Below, one piece after another: positions 38,770-51,794 of a stretch of 64,000 nt of DNA. Origin of the DNA: Botryllus schlosseri (lineage: Eukaryota); NCBI GenBank assembly GCA_051294905.1, contig CM119371.1, positions 18,540,001-18,604,000 on the forward strand. The letters are read 5' to 3'. The notes under the pieces are model-generated. The model did not search any database, was not told the origin of the DNA, and saw nothing but the letters and a program-made list of their open reading frames with translations. Made by a program: the position numbers and the translations under genes. The first letter of the stretch is position 1. Every line of letters starts with the position of its first letter.

Positions 38770-39867
38770 GTGTGCAAAATTACATCTGTGCTCTTTGCAG
38801 GAAAGAGTTTGCCTACAATAGTGTACAAAACCGACATGGCTATGCCTGCTGGTGTCAGTAAGCATACTTGTGATATTTGTGGACAAGCATGTATTTCAAA
38901 ATATTCGCTAAAGAAACATGTTGATATCCATTTTGGTGTCAAAAATCATGAATGCAAAATTTGTTGGAAAAAATTTGCTCGAAGAGGTCATCTCAAGATT
39001 CATATTGATGCGCATAGCGGTGTCAAGAACCATAGCTGTGATGTTTGCGGGAAAGAATTTTCTCGAAAGACTTCTCTCAAGTTACATATGAATACGCATA
39101 CCGGTGGCAGGAATTATCGCTGTGTTATTTGTGAGAAGGAATTGGCCTCGAAGAATGGCCTGAACAGTCACATGAAGATTCATGCTGTGGTCAAAAATCA
39201 TTGCTGTGATGTTTGTGGAAGAGCATTTGTTGACAAACACGAAATACAGATGCATCATTATAATACTCATGTTGGTGACGGGAATCATGAATGTTATATT
39301 TGCGGGAAAGAATTTGCTCGAAATCATCGTTTGAAGTCTCACTTGAAGATGCATGCCGGTGTCAGGAACCATGGATGTGGCGTTTGTGGGAAAGAGTTTA
39401 CTCAGAAAGGCAACCTTAGGACTCACATGATGATGCATGCCAGTGTCAGGAATCATGAATGTGATGTTTGTGGGAAGAAATTTAGTTACCAGAGTTCCCT
39501 CCGAGCTCACATGATGTTTCATGTCGGCAGCATAAATTTTGAATGTGAAGTTTGTGGAAGAGGATTTACTCAGAAGGGCACCCTTAGTATGCACATGAAA
39601 ACACATGCTGGTGTTAAGGACAATGAATGTGATGTTTGTGGGAAAGTATTTACTCAAAAGGGTAATCTCAAGACACATATGGACATGCATACAGCTCTGC
39701 GCTTATATAGGTGTGGTGTGTGCGGGAAAGAATTTACTTTTAAATCAGGCATGAACATGCATTATAAGATGCATGCCGGAAGAAATCATGAATGTGATAT
39801 TTGTGGGAAAAAATTTGGTCGGAAGGATCAACTTATGACACACATGTATATGCATGCTGGTTTCTAG
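38770..39867 (+). CDS. Tandem C2H2 zinc-finger protein (12 fingers)
   Basis: Twelve CxxC...HxxxH units with GV(K/R)NHE linkers; first ATG at 38836; paralog of 10265-11068. Confidence 0.85.
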   Translation: MCKITSVLFAGKSLPTIVYKTDMAMPAGVSKHTCDICGQACISKYSLKKHVDIHFGVKNHECKICWKKFARRGHLKIHIDAHSGVKNHSCDVCGKEFSRKTSLKLHMNTHTGGRNYRCVICEKELASKNGLNSHMKIHAVVKNHCCDVCGRAFVDKHEIQMHHYNTHVGDGNHECYICGKEFARNHRLKSHLKMHAGVRNHGCGVCGKEFTQKGNLRTHMMMHASVRNHECDVCGKKFSYQSSLRAHMMFHVGSINFECEVCGRGFTQKGTLSMHMKTHAGVKDNECDVCGKVFTQKGNLKTHMDMHTALRLYRCGVCGKEFTFKSGMNMHYKMHAGRNHECDICGKKFGRKDQLMTHMYMHAGF

Positions 39868-40143
39868 AAGCATAAATGTGATACTTGTTGGAACGATTAC
39901 ACGTATAATTCTGCCTGGAAAAAGCATATCCATATTCATGCTTGTATGACAAGCCACAAATAAAGTGGCTGTGCATGTCAAAAGTCAGAAATACTATGCT
40001 TGTGGGAAAGAATTTACCAGAACATCACAGTTAAAAGGAACTTTGATATTAACACTGTTGTAAAAATCGTATACAGGTCTATATATTTGTGGGAAAGAAA
40101 TCTCCCATAGGGTTGATCTGAAGATACATAGGGATATGTATAT

Positions 40144-42462
40144 TAGGGTGGAGTGAAAATGACTTTTTTTTTTCAAATCAAAAAAGGCCTTCCTCAATCC
40201 TGACAAATGACCTAAAACTTCAATTAAAAGTGACTTCAGGGTTTTGCCCCCATTTTCCAGCCGGCAACCCCCCAATTTCTGCGCGTGGGGGGGTAAAATG
40301 GCCCATCTCGGCAACCGCTGGTCGTAGAGTCATGATATATAGCTCAAAATCTGCGGAAGCATCATGTTTCTATCTGTCTTCTGAAGAAAGTTTTCTCTAT
40401 TGTGAACACAAAATGAGTTATAGCCAAAAAACTATACATACGCACATTTTTGTTGAAATTCAGCATTTATTCTGACGAATTGTGATCTGTCATTAGTTTT
40501 TTTTTAAAGTAAAGTAACACACTGGCAATACCGAATATTGGGCCCATATTACAAATATATTCACAACACAGTCCTTTTAAAATCGGTTCAAAACATCATA
40601 ATGAAACATTCACATTGAACGTCTTATATTAAAAATGCATTCTTTTGTCAAGTTTTTTCATCAGTTTACGAGACTTAATTTTTCGGCGAATGAGGCCATC
40701 TCGTCTTTGAAATCCCGAAACGTGCCCTGATGCTTCTGTTACGAGCTTTACATGATGTTCCATGCACTGTTTGATTGCGGCATGGATGAAACAAAATCAG
40801 AGGCTTCCCGCGGCATTCTTCTAACTCTGCATCAGTTAAGTGCTCAATCGCTGGAGAAAGTTGTTGATATAAGGTTCAATATCAACCAACTCGTGGTATA
40901 CCTTTGCTTCCAAGTTCAACTTTGAGACGCAGAATAAACGAACAGGACCGCAGTTCAATTGGTTGGAACCGCTATGACTCTCAATGTCCAGGAGTGAATT
41001 TTATTCAGCGGCATGTTTTCGAATCGCCAGCACCTTGGTCACACCCAATTGAAAAAAACTACGTGGAAGTGTATCTTGTTGGCCAGTTACTCAATTCAAA
41101 AAGCTCTCGCCACCACTTGTGGCCTTTCAAAAGCTCCCATAGGAAATTGTTAGTGACTTAAGTAAGGACCAGTTATATGCTTATAAATGTGCTGGGCAAT
41201 TATTCAAGGAAATGCTGATGATGATCTGGCTTACTTGGAGGTTGGACCACCGGCTGCGCATTCAAGATGGCTAACCTTAGGATGCAGTGCAGAGTTTTAC
41301 GGTATTATGTAACAGTTAATGAACCGCCTTTAAACCTGGAGATTCTGGTTCGTTTTTGCCTTGAAGTATATTTTCCAACTTGGTTTGAGATCAAGGGAAA
41401 CAAACATATAGCACATGGACCCAGAAACATCTTCAACTTGATTAAACAGGTTTGGAATTTCTCTGACCGAAACGTTCGAAAAATTGCTCCGAATGTGGTG
41501 ATAAGAAACGGTTATTCCGCACACCCCGAAAATATTATGATTGCATGCTGGTAGATGATAATGAAGACATACGAAATAAGGGTGTGACCAAGGTGCTTGC
41601 GTTTCGAAGACATGCCGCTGAATAAAATTCACTTGTGGACATTGAAAGTCATAGCAGTTCCAACCAATTGAACTGGGGTCCTATTCGTTTATTCTGTGTC
41701 CCAAAGCCAAGGCATACCACGAATTGGTTGATATTGAACCTTATCAACAACTTCCTCCAACGATTGAGCACTTAACTGATGCAGAGTTAGAAGAATGCCG
41801 CGAGAAGCCTCTGATTTTGTTTCATCCATGCCACAATCAAACAGTGGAACGACATGTAAAGCTCGTAACAGAAGCATCAGCACTAGTTTCGGGATTTCAA
41901 AGACGAGATGGCCTCATTCGCCGAAAAATTAAGTATCGTAAACTGATGAAAAAACTTGACAAAAGAATGCATTTTTAATAAAAGTCGTTAAATGTGAATG
42001 TTTCATTATGATGTTTTGAACCGATTTTAAATGGACTGTGTTGTGAATATATTTGTAATATGGTCCCAATATTCGGTATTGCCAGTGTGTTACTTTACTT
42101 TAAAAAAAAACTAATGACAGATCACAATTCGTCAGAATAAATGCTGAATTTAAACAAAAATGTGCGTATATATAGTTTTTTGGCTATAACTCATTTTGTG
42201 TTCACAATAGAGAAAACTTTCTTCAGAAGACAGATAGAAACATGATGCTTCCGCAGATTTTGAGCTATATATCATGACTCTACGACCAGCGGTTGCCGAG
42301 ATGGGCCATTTTACCCCCCACGCGCAGAAATTGGGGGGTTGCCGGCTGGAAAATGGGGGCAAAACCCTGAAGTCACTTTTTATTGAAGTTTTAGGTCATT
42401 TGTCAGGATTGAGGAAGGCCTTTTTTGATTTGAAAAAAAAAAGTCATTTTCACTCCACCCTA
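40144..42462. mobile_element. Foldback hATm-derived element with ~0.9-kb inverted arms
   Basis: TAGGGTGGAGTGAAAATG...CATTTTCACTCCACCCTA; perfect TSD ATGTATAT; arms 40144-41046 and 41580-42462. Confidence 0.9.
41150..41978 (+). pseudogene. hAT (hATm-like) transposase C-terminal fragment, frameshifted
   Basis: Motifs AHSRWLT, RVLRYYV...VYFPTWFEIK, RNGYSAHPENI and PCHNQTVERHVKLVTEAS...RDGLIR across frameshifts and stops. Confidence 0.8.
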
Positions 42463-43930
42463 ATGTATATCAGTGGCAAGCATCAGCTGAGGTTGCTCTT
42501 GAGAAAAAATACTTTCAAGAATATGTATTTTGATGCCAAAAATCATAACATCGGTGCTTGAAGAAACTAATTTACACAAATATCATATTGAGCAGTCATC
42601 TGTATATGTATTGTGCGATTACAATACAATAAATGAGAATTTGTGGGAACGGCAGTGCTAATAAAAGTAATATAAATACTTTCATGCATGTACCTGATAT
42701 GTTTCATGACTTGTCATGGTAAGAGGGGCAAACTAATTACGCCTCTTGATCATTGGTTCTCTGCGTTCATATCAAATTATTGTTATGTTTATCTGATATC
42801 TATCCAAGTCACGTCGATAGCATTATGAAGTCACACTCCCTAAGACGTTGCTCTCAAGCAATGTTCTTGATGGAATACCTCGCGTTACCATTTTTTCGCC
42901 GTGTATTGCATATCATCCTTGAAGCTAAAAAGACCTCGCTTCAATCGATGAGCATTAGACAGAGCCATTTCTCTTGGGTATTTCCTTCCATTTTGTCGTG
43001 TGTGATGCAGCGTTACAGATTAGTAACAACGAAAAACGCCATAAATGACGTGAAATCCGTAATGTGGATGTTGGAGCTGGTTTTTAAATGGACTGTAAAA
43101 ATGCCAGTTTTTAGTATACACTAGAGGTTTTCCCGGTAAATATTTTCGAATCTGTAGTTTTCTAGTGCGGTAATATAGCATTTATGTCTTGTAAAAAGTG
43201 TCCTTCTTTCTGGACCCTAGGATATGGTAACCCTTGTTCGAACTCGATTTGGATATAATTAGTTGCTTTTCAATTGATGTTCGTTGGATATAATAATCAC
43301 TGATTGGTTTTCAACAGAACCAATTCTGTGAGAGGCTACATGTTGTTCAGCTCAGCAAAGATAGTATGTGTGATTTTTATATAGTGCTCAACTCCCTGTA
43401 TGTGTATTTTGGTTTCGTATTTAAATTTCTGACGTGTGATCAAATATTTCGTTCATTGCCAACTCATGTTAATTGCGCCAAGTATAAAAATGTGTTTACT
43501 AAACTGTAATAAACAGCACAGCATGCAATTCTCAAGTGAATCATAGATCAGAACTCGGTCAGGATTAGTCCATTGATAAGTTTTCATTGATGCGATATCC
43601 CTGGTATGGAAAACTAATTTTATTAGATATCAAATAAAATCACTGAAACGTCACTACGAAAGTACATATCTTTGGCGTGAATGTCATCGCATAATCTGAA
43701 TGCGTATTTTGTAGGATTCGCGTCCACTATTCTGTCATTGTAATGTCATCATGTGTATGCTGTTCAAGAAGCCTATTTTGAAAACCGTTGACGCAAAAGC
43801 GAAAGTAGTGATTCAATCGCACAAAGAGCACTTTTGGTAAAATCGATAAAAGCAGACATTCCGGTTTCAAATTACTTATATTTGAAATGTCACGTTTGTT
43901 CCTTATGAAATTGCTCATGTTCTTGCTTGA

Positions 43931-44739
43931 CAGTGTTGGGATCAAGTCAATACCTTCGTGTCACAATCATTGTACATTTTGACTCAAGTCAATTGATTTT
44001 TGGAGGAGACTCGAGTCAAGTCACAATTCAAGTGAAGTTGGATTTTTGAAGTACTAGGCATACAATTAGGCTACGTCATTGAATTTTAATAGCTTATTGG
44101 TAGTCGCCATTTATTTTGGATTGAGGTACGAATGCAGAGTTCATTAAACACCCATAAAAGCGTCGTATCGCTCGCGCATGCGTAGAACTGCTAAATTACG
44201 TATAAGTAACTGAAGGGCAAGTGATTTATTGGGAGATGAATTCAACCTACAAATTTTCCTTGCGCGATTTATTGTAAATATATTTCCTGATTTTATAATG
44301 GGAAATCATGAGATGAGGCGAGCACCGACCGCAATGAGCACTTGAGCAGTCTATAGAAAAGAGATGGATACTTTTGCCATTTGACATTACTTCACTACTA
44401 GTTTACGGCAACGCTATCTGTTGGCTCAGATCACTTCGTTTGGGGTCAATTTGTTTGTGATAATCGGGGCTCAATTAAACGCACAATCATTGAGTGAGTA
44501 TGCTAACTCTCACAGGTCACATCTGCGTATCGCGAATAATCCGAATATATACAATATATGCCATTTCTAACGACACCGTTACTTGATGACTTGAAATTGA
44601 CTCATAAGTTTTGCTTAAGTCACGACCCTATCCACACTTCTAAAACGCCGAGTTATGTCAATTTTGGAAAAGGACTCGAGTCAAGTCATACGAAAAAGGT
44701 GACTCGAGCCAAGTCATGACTCGAGTCATCCCATCACTG
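43931..44739. mobile_element. CAGTG(A/T)TGGGAT MITE
   Basis: CAGTGTTGGGAT...ATCCCATCACTG; degenerate TSD TTGCTTGA/GTTCTTGA. Confidence 0.75.
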
Positions 44740-44901
44740 GTTCTTGAACTGCGAGTAGTCTGGGTTGCCAGCATTCAGGGCATTCATCGAATTTTGTATG
44801 GATAATTACGAAACAGCATTTGAAATCATTCATATTCGACTCAATACCAAGCCGACAGTGGACCCGATACCTAATACCAAGCCGACAGAGGACCCGATAC
44901 C

Positions 44902-46778
44902 CAGAGGTGGTCAGTAACGAAGTACTTCTACTTTTTCGAAGTACTCAAGTAGTTTTCCTCTACTTCTGGTACTTACTCAAGTAGATCTGATTTTCGCTAC
45001 TTCTACTTCTTAATATTTTGTGATCTATACTTACTTACTTTTCGCTATTTTCAGTTTGTCAAGTAGAAGTAGTTCAATCTTCCAATCAGGAAGATAGCCT
45101 GAGGAATTTCGGAGCTGTTTTCACGGAGTATTAACATTTAATTTTCATCAAAGTTTAGTAAAGCAAAGAATTTTCGTCGCGCTTCGCGCGCAGTGGATAC
45201 GGAGTGACCAGTATGATTTCACGAAAGTATCGGTGAATATAATTTAGGTGGAGGGTTGTCGTGGTTCCGTTCACACCACGTTGTCGCCCTTCACCCATAT
45301 GAAATAATTCCTCACAGTATATATATGGCTCAGGATAACGTTTGAAACTGATGTTTCGCAATCTAGCATTTTCTTGTCATATCGTAATCTAGCATATATG
45401 TCCATGGCGTGTCCTAATCTGGAAGAGTGGACTTTGACATTTTTTTAGTTTTAGAGCTGTATTAGCATACCACCTTTGAAACTTTCTGGACTAAAAACAT
45501 GAAATACATATTCTGCTTTTAGAAGTAGTATTTATATTTCACTTTCAATTCCCAGTATCATACACTTTGAGTTATAGTTAATATCAGTTCTTGTCCGAAT
45601 AACATACATGTTGAAGTATAAAAGCAAGTGCAGTAATGCCTTTAATTTCTGGAAATAAAGCTACACAATATGGCATTTTTACGGTCCACCATATTTTTTA
45701 TTAACGTTTACTAATCGCGCAAAGTGTTTACACCATATCCTATACAACTTCTCCATATTGCCAGGGTTGTAACCAAGTCATAAAGCTCCGAGTCACAAGT
45801 CAATCTCACTTTTATAGTTTTGACTCGAGTCAAGTCGAGTCATTTTCCGTTCACCACCGAGTCAAGTCCGAGTCCAAGTCATCGAGCAGAGGTTCGAGTC
45901 CGAGTCATGGTATTATGACTCGAGTCCGAGTCCAAGTCATTGTATTGACTGCTCAGTTTCCAGATAAAGTCTTGTTAACCCACTTTTATAACTCTGTTTG
46001 TTGATATCGAATGGTTCGTATTTATAGGATACTAATTTTCCTAACTTTTAACAGTTTCTGGTTGCATTTTCAAGTACCAGTACCAATAGACGAAATCCCA
46101 ATAGGGTGGTTACTTTATTTGTTCTTCGAAATTACAATGAATGTTGGTCTTGACCGTCTGAGTCTCGAGACATATGACTTGGTTCGAGTCATTTGCAATG
46201 ACTCGAGTCCAAGTCGAGTCAATACACAGATTGACTCGATTCGAGTCGAGTTATTTCCGTATTTTGAGAAAATTACTCGAGTCAAGTCGAGTCATTAGAA
46301 AATCGTGACTCGAGTCGAGTCATGACTCGAGTCATTACAACCCTGCATATTGCTCTTCGACTAAACTACGGGCCTTATAATATGGGGGATGGCGCCATAC
46401 CATGCTATTTTCCAAAACGTGTTGTTCGAGAAAACAGAGGATTAGTATCGCATTTCCTTATCAATATTATCATTTTCATCCCATGATGTGGACGAATGCT
46501 TATGCTATCGAAAATTGGATACCTGCTGGTATGCATCAATATGAATCAAGCTCGTCGCCTATCACATAGCTCAATTTGCACCTTTTTATAATCCATCCAA
46601 TCAGGATCGTTTTCACAACTACTTACTTACTTGAGTACTTTTAAAGTCAGTAAATCGTACTTCTACTTCAAGTAGTTTTAGGTTGCTCAAGAAATAAGTA
46701 CTTGTACTTGAGTAGATTTTTTCGTCGCTACTTCTACTTCTACTTGAGTAGCTTTCTTGACTACTTTGACCACCTCTG
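44902..46778. mobile_element. CAGAGGTGGTCA MITE (TACTT/AAGTA-rich)
   Basis: Perfect TSD CCGATACC; shorter relative at ~52170-52439. Confidence 0.9.
45762..46345 (+). mobile_element. Family A MITE, young copy
   Basis: CAGGGTTGTAA...TTACAACCCTG; perfect TSD CATATTGC. Confidence 0.92.
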
Positions 46779-48939
46779 CCGATACCTAACTGTGTGAAAG
46801 TATTGGTATTCAATGTGCCGCTTACGGATTCTTTTCCTGCGACGGTAGGAGTTCTTTTGCTTTCACGTGACGATCAGGGGCTGGCGATATCGAGTGACGG
46901 CAGTAGGTAGATATGTCATCACTTTGCATACATTGCAGAAGCAGATCTGAGTCACTGACCTCCAGTGATGAGCTGATTGATTCGAAATCCAAACTGTGTT
47001 TAGTAGGGGTCTTCAAAAATGACTTTTTTCTCAAATCGTACTGGCTACTTGATCAAATTGTTACGTTACCTAATTTAAGCCTATACACCAAATTTGGTTC
47101 AATTCCAGCCAGTAGCCGCATTACAACCCTGTTACTACTCGATTCGGATTTAAGAACTCAAATCAAAATCCTCAGCCCTACATCACATCCCTGCTTCGGC
47201 GACTATGAAGAGGATCAAACGTCAATTCGTGTGACCCGCAATCACTCCAAGGAGTTTGCGAACTTTTTCATTCGCCAAATTTGCAAAATTTCGGATAACA
47301 TACTTGGTATTTTTTTGAATTAGAGAAATCACGAGACAGTTTCGCTTCATAACTGCCAAAACTTCGTAACTCACATGAACAGGATGGTCGTCTGGGCTAA
47401 AATATTATACTATGCAGACTCATTTTGATTTCCAAATTGCCAATAATCTACTGATTCAAACATATTGCTGTTTGGAGTTTTTTTTCTCAAGTCTAGCATG
47501 TTCCAAATTGTGGAACCGATCAGCAAACGTTTAAGGAAAAATACGATTTTAAAACTCTAAAACGATATTTTTCCAAGATGAGTTGCAGCTAACCTTTCAA
47601 AATTTAGAATCATGTAGGATTGTCCTAGTAATTCCTAAAACAGGCGTTGGTTGGATCGGTGAAGGGGCATCACAATCTCGAGGTACGATGCTACGGGTGT
47701 CGTCAAACTTTATCTTCTGTCAAATCCGAACTATGTGGATAAGAAAGTAGAACTACAATTTTGGAGATTTTGCTCAGGACGGTCGCCTGGGATAAAATAT
47801 TCTACTAAGCAGACTCATTTTGATTTCCAAATTGCCAAGAATCTACTGATACAAACGAATTGCTGTATGGAGTTGTTTTGATGCCTTTTGGATAAAATTT
47901 GCTTGCACAAATCTATATGCATAACCACTTTTCTAAGATAACTTCAAGATGACCTGCAAGATAGACTTTGATGGACGTTATTCACTAAAAATCTGTTTAT
48001 CAATTTTGATGTCATATATGTTGCGATCGTACCCAAAGGTGACGTCGAAAGCGTCGCGCGTTATAATTACATTCGCCACACCACCTGTCTTTGTGGAAAT
48101 TGATTTTCGGCACTCGTTCATATCAGATTGAAGACCTGTATTTTAAGAAATTTAGCTGCACCGCAGAATTTGCTTTGAAATAATGAAATCTTCCCGATTT
48201 CTAGGTAAATGTTATTTTCAAGAATGGTCATTTTGTTGCTGTTTATCACTGGGCTACAGCTGATATTCGCACAGGACAGATGACGGTTGCACGATGATTT
48301 AGCTATATTTGAACTAAATCTTTGCGTTCGTGACGGTCCAAAAGGTTGAGAACCACTGGCCTAGGCGAAGATCTTGAAGATGGATTGATTACAGATTGGG
48401 TTTTCTCGTTCCTCAAGATTTAACTACCCAGAATTAAATATTTAAATTCTTGGTCTTGAACGTTTGTTTGTTTGTTTCAGTTCCATATGAGCTCTCGCCT
48501 GTCCTGTTCCCATGCTGGATATGTGTTGGGGTCCCGACGAACTCACAAATAAAAATTCCCTATTACGAAAGCACTGCTGGTGTGTTAATTTGTGCGAAGT
48601 GAGTTCAGAAAAGGGGTGTCGAGTGCACCTTTCCGTTTGGGGGTCGCGCCTCGTCCACTAATATTCCCTTGACAAGGCCTCTCAAACGAGAAAGCACTTG
48701 GTTAAGTGAAAAAACGACCTGCTCAGTGCTTGTAAAATAAAACTACTTCGTGTCTGATGTCATGTAGCTCTTATGTGGACGATGAAAATATGACAACGGA
48801 CGAGATGGATCAATGAAGAGAGAGGGAGTGACAGATTATTTTCTTTTTCGCCTGCACCATCGAGATCCTTTTGACGACTGAGATGCGATGCGACCGTAAG
48901 GTCACCTAGTCTGCACCACCGTTTTCCCGCGCTATCGGT

Positions 48940-49064
48940 GGATGTTGAGTGCCAAGCAGGATATCTGCGGAGTGCGGATACCAGTTTTCTTTGGTCTCAC
49001 CAGGCCGAGAATCGAACCCACGAACTACCGATCAAGAAGCCAGACGCATCACCATTAAACACTA
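48940..49064 (-). mobile_element. tRNA-derived SINE (paralog of the 29080 copy)
   Basis: Minus-strand A/B boxes and CCTGCTTGGCACTCAAC body. Confidence 0.7.
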
Positions 49065-50809
49065 TCTATCTATATCTTTTGGTTGGAAACAGTAATTACA
49101 TCGCTTCACCGTAAATCAAAATTTTGTATGAAATATTATTCGTAAAATATTCCCCGAAAGTTTTATAGAAAGCTTTCATCCAGGCCTGTATTAATTTTTT
49201 TTCTCAAATCTAGCATGCTCCGAATTGTGGAACCGATCAGCAAACGTTTGGAAGGACAAATACGATTTTAAAACTCTAAAACGATATTTTTCCAAGATGA
49301 GTTGCAGCTAACATTTCAAAATTTAGAATCATGTAGGAATGTCCTAGTAATTCCTAAAACAGGCGTTGGTTGGATCGGTGAAGGGGCATAACAATCTCGA
49401 GGTAAGAAGCTACGGGTGTCGTCACACTTTATTTTCTGTCAAATCCGAATTATGTGGATAAGAAAGTGGAGCTACAATTTTGGAGATTTTGCTCATTAAC
49501 ATAGCGACACCTAGCGGCTGCGAATTTCATGTTGATGGGGTAGTCCTTCACAACATCGCCCTGCAGAGGTTCTAGTGCCATTCTAAGGCCACTAACTGTA
49601 TTGCGATTATTCGGTTTCCTTTCAAATAAATACGACTTCGTCATTAACTCTTGCCTCCATCCAGAGCCGCAACAGCATCGTCTATACCCCCCGAAACGTT
49701 GATCATGCCCTCCCATAGGGTGAACGACCTAACTTCGGAGGGGGCTTCACCTTAGATACCATCCAAGGCATTAGTCCAAAGCGAGGTTTCATACTTTTGA
49801 GGCATCGTAGAGCATGAACCCTTTATTACACACCATGCGGAAAATACGTTTCAAACTTCCAATGCAATTTAAAAAAATCATGTTTAATTTCTGTAGTTAT
49901 TGACACCAATGATGTGACTGATGAGAATCAAAACCATTTCTTTCGAAATTTACTCGGAAAATACTGTCACTCGAGGATATCTACTATGCGAGAATTACAG
50001 ATATCACTGCATGTGCATTAGGGCTGTTCAAAAATAGCTGTTTTTCCGAGATTCTGCCTAGAAGATGTAACTCATTAAACTAGATCACGCTAGATAGCGT
50101 AAATGCTACGCGGTGATATCCACTATGGGGTTTCCCCACAGGAAAAGAAACCGCAAGTATGGATGGATGGGCCAGTGTGCTAAGTGTTATGTGTTAACGA
50201 CTCAACGACAAAACAAAACGTGCTCTTTGCAGGCGAGAGATTGTGTCTCATGTCGTGCCAGTCGATAAGTTGAATAATTCAGATGAGGGATTGTGATGTA
50301 CAGTCGCAATACAGGCATCGTTCATGGTCTATAGCGCAATCAACTTACACCAGGTTATCATACTACTGTGAAGCCGCCGGAATATGAACACGTCATAAAT
50401 ACGAATCTGCTGGCTCATTGTCTACGCAGTGTTTCGCTCGTCGATGTACCAAATATTCATCACGGTAATTACATACTTTAATGGCAATCCACCAAATCAA
50501 AACAAAATTATATATTTCGAGTGCATGAAAGTGACTGTGCATTTGTTTACTTCTGCTGTATTTGTTTTGTGTCAACTTGAACTCGGTTATCTTTCATTGC
50601 ATCGCAGCCTTGTGGTGTATTGAAGTGAATTGAATTAGTTTCTGCAATGCGCCTCTATTTCAAACGGTTGCAGTGAATTCCGTACGTTGAAATCGGCAGT
50701 TGGTGAATTTGACACTTCCAATGTAATAACTATCATTATGAAATCAATGCAAAAATATTGTATTAATAAATTTGGAAATGAATATTTCACGGAGTAATAA
50801 AGTGAAGTG

Positions 50810-51794
50810 TAGGGATGGTGTGAACGTGAGGTTCACGTTCGCGTTCTGTGTGTGAACCTCGGAATTTTAGAGGTTCGCGTTCACAACAGAACCTTGGTAG
50901 GTTCTGCACTGTGAACCTTTTTCATGTATTACAATTTTCACTTCATTATGGCATCTTTGGTTCAAATTTATTGCATTTCAACTGCGGGCCACTCTATGCA
51001 TGGCGCTGGCAGCATAAAAAATCAACGCAAAACGAGCATGCACCTTGACAATCTCAAAAGTTTTACATGTTTTGTTACAAAAGTTTGCCCGAAATATCCA
51101 GCTTCCCGTTTGTGAATATTTAGTGACGCCTCTGCTGTGAGCTTGACCCGCAATCACACAACATCACGAGCGAAATACACTACATGTAGTCAGCGAATGA
51201 TGTTTATTCAACCAATCAATGAGATTGATTTAGTTTTTTGATGTAACAAATCTAGCAGGTGCACGGGGTCAATCTTGGCTTCATATGTTTAGTCCATCAT
51301 TAAAACCAAATCCGTACGATTGAGGTGTTGGCTACAGCTGTATAACTTGTGGGGTAGCCTAATATCGGTAGCAAGTTTAGAAACCAGTTTTACACTCTGC
51401 TCAATATCAATATGGCAATACTCAGACGCCGAATACATTGTCCGCTCTGGCCAAGATCGTTTAAGGCGTAAGCTTATATTCCCTGGCTAGTCCTCGTCGA
51501 AATTGTTGGCAACGCGACGGATGATATTGATTTTATGGAAGTATTTTATCATCTGGTTGCCTCAGTTGATACATCTAGCGACGTTTAAAACGCCGATATG
51601 TACTTCAGCATTGTGGCATTATGTGGCTCGAGTCGTCGCTAGGCTATCACTTCATTTCATTGAAAGATAGGTTTGGAATTAGCAATATGACGTCACGTGA
51701 CGTCATGAGGTTCACGTTCGCGTTCACACAGAACCTTTCAAAAAGGTTCGCGTTCACACGAACCTGAACCTTTCAGAGGTTCACACCATCCCTA
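50810..51794. mobile_element. TAGGGATGGTGTGAAC TIR element
   Basis: TAGGGATGGTGTGAAC...GTTCACACCATCCCTA; GGTTC/GAACC subterminal repeats; no TSD recognised. Confidence 0.75.

Larger units (their letters stand above)
10000..50330 (+). repeat. Old tandem segmental duplication (~10-32 kb vs ~38.7-50.3 kb)
   Basis: Collinear matches: 13390-13990~43240-43700, 24170-24320~46850-47000, 27520-29700~47975-49450, 30250-31080~49460-50010, 31660-31960~50045-50330; one ZNF at the head of each copy. Confidence 0.85.

Noticed and set aside
39082..39690. 202-aa antisense ORF
   Set aside because: Same zinc-finger shadow effect.
39994..42561. Mirror ORFs 39994(-)/42274(+) and 40230(+)/42150(-)
   Set aside because: Lie in the non-coding outer parts of the inverted arms of the foldback element.
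44842..44901. 30-bp tandem duplication beside the 44902 MITE
   Set aside because: Two-copy local duplication with no further structure.
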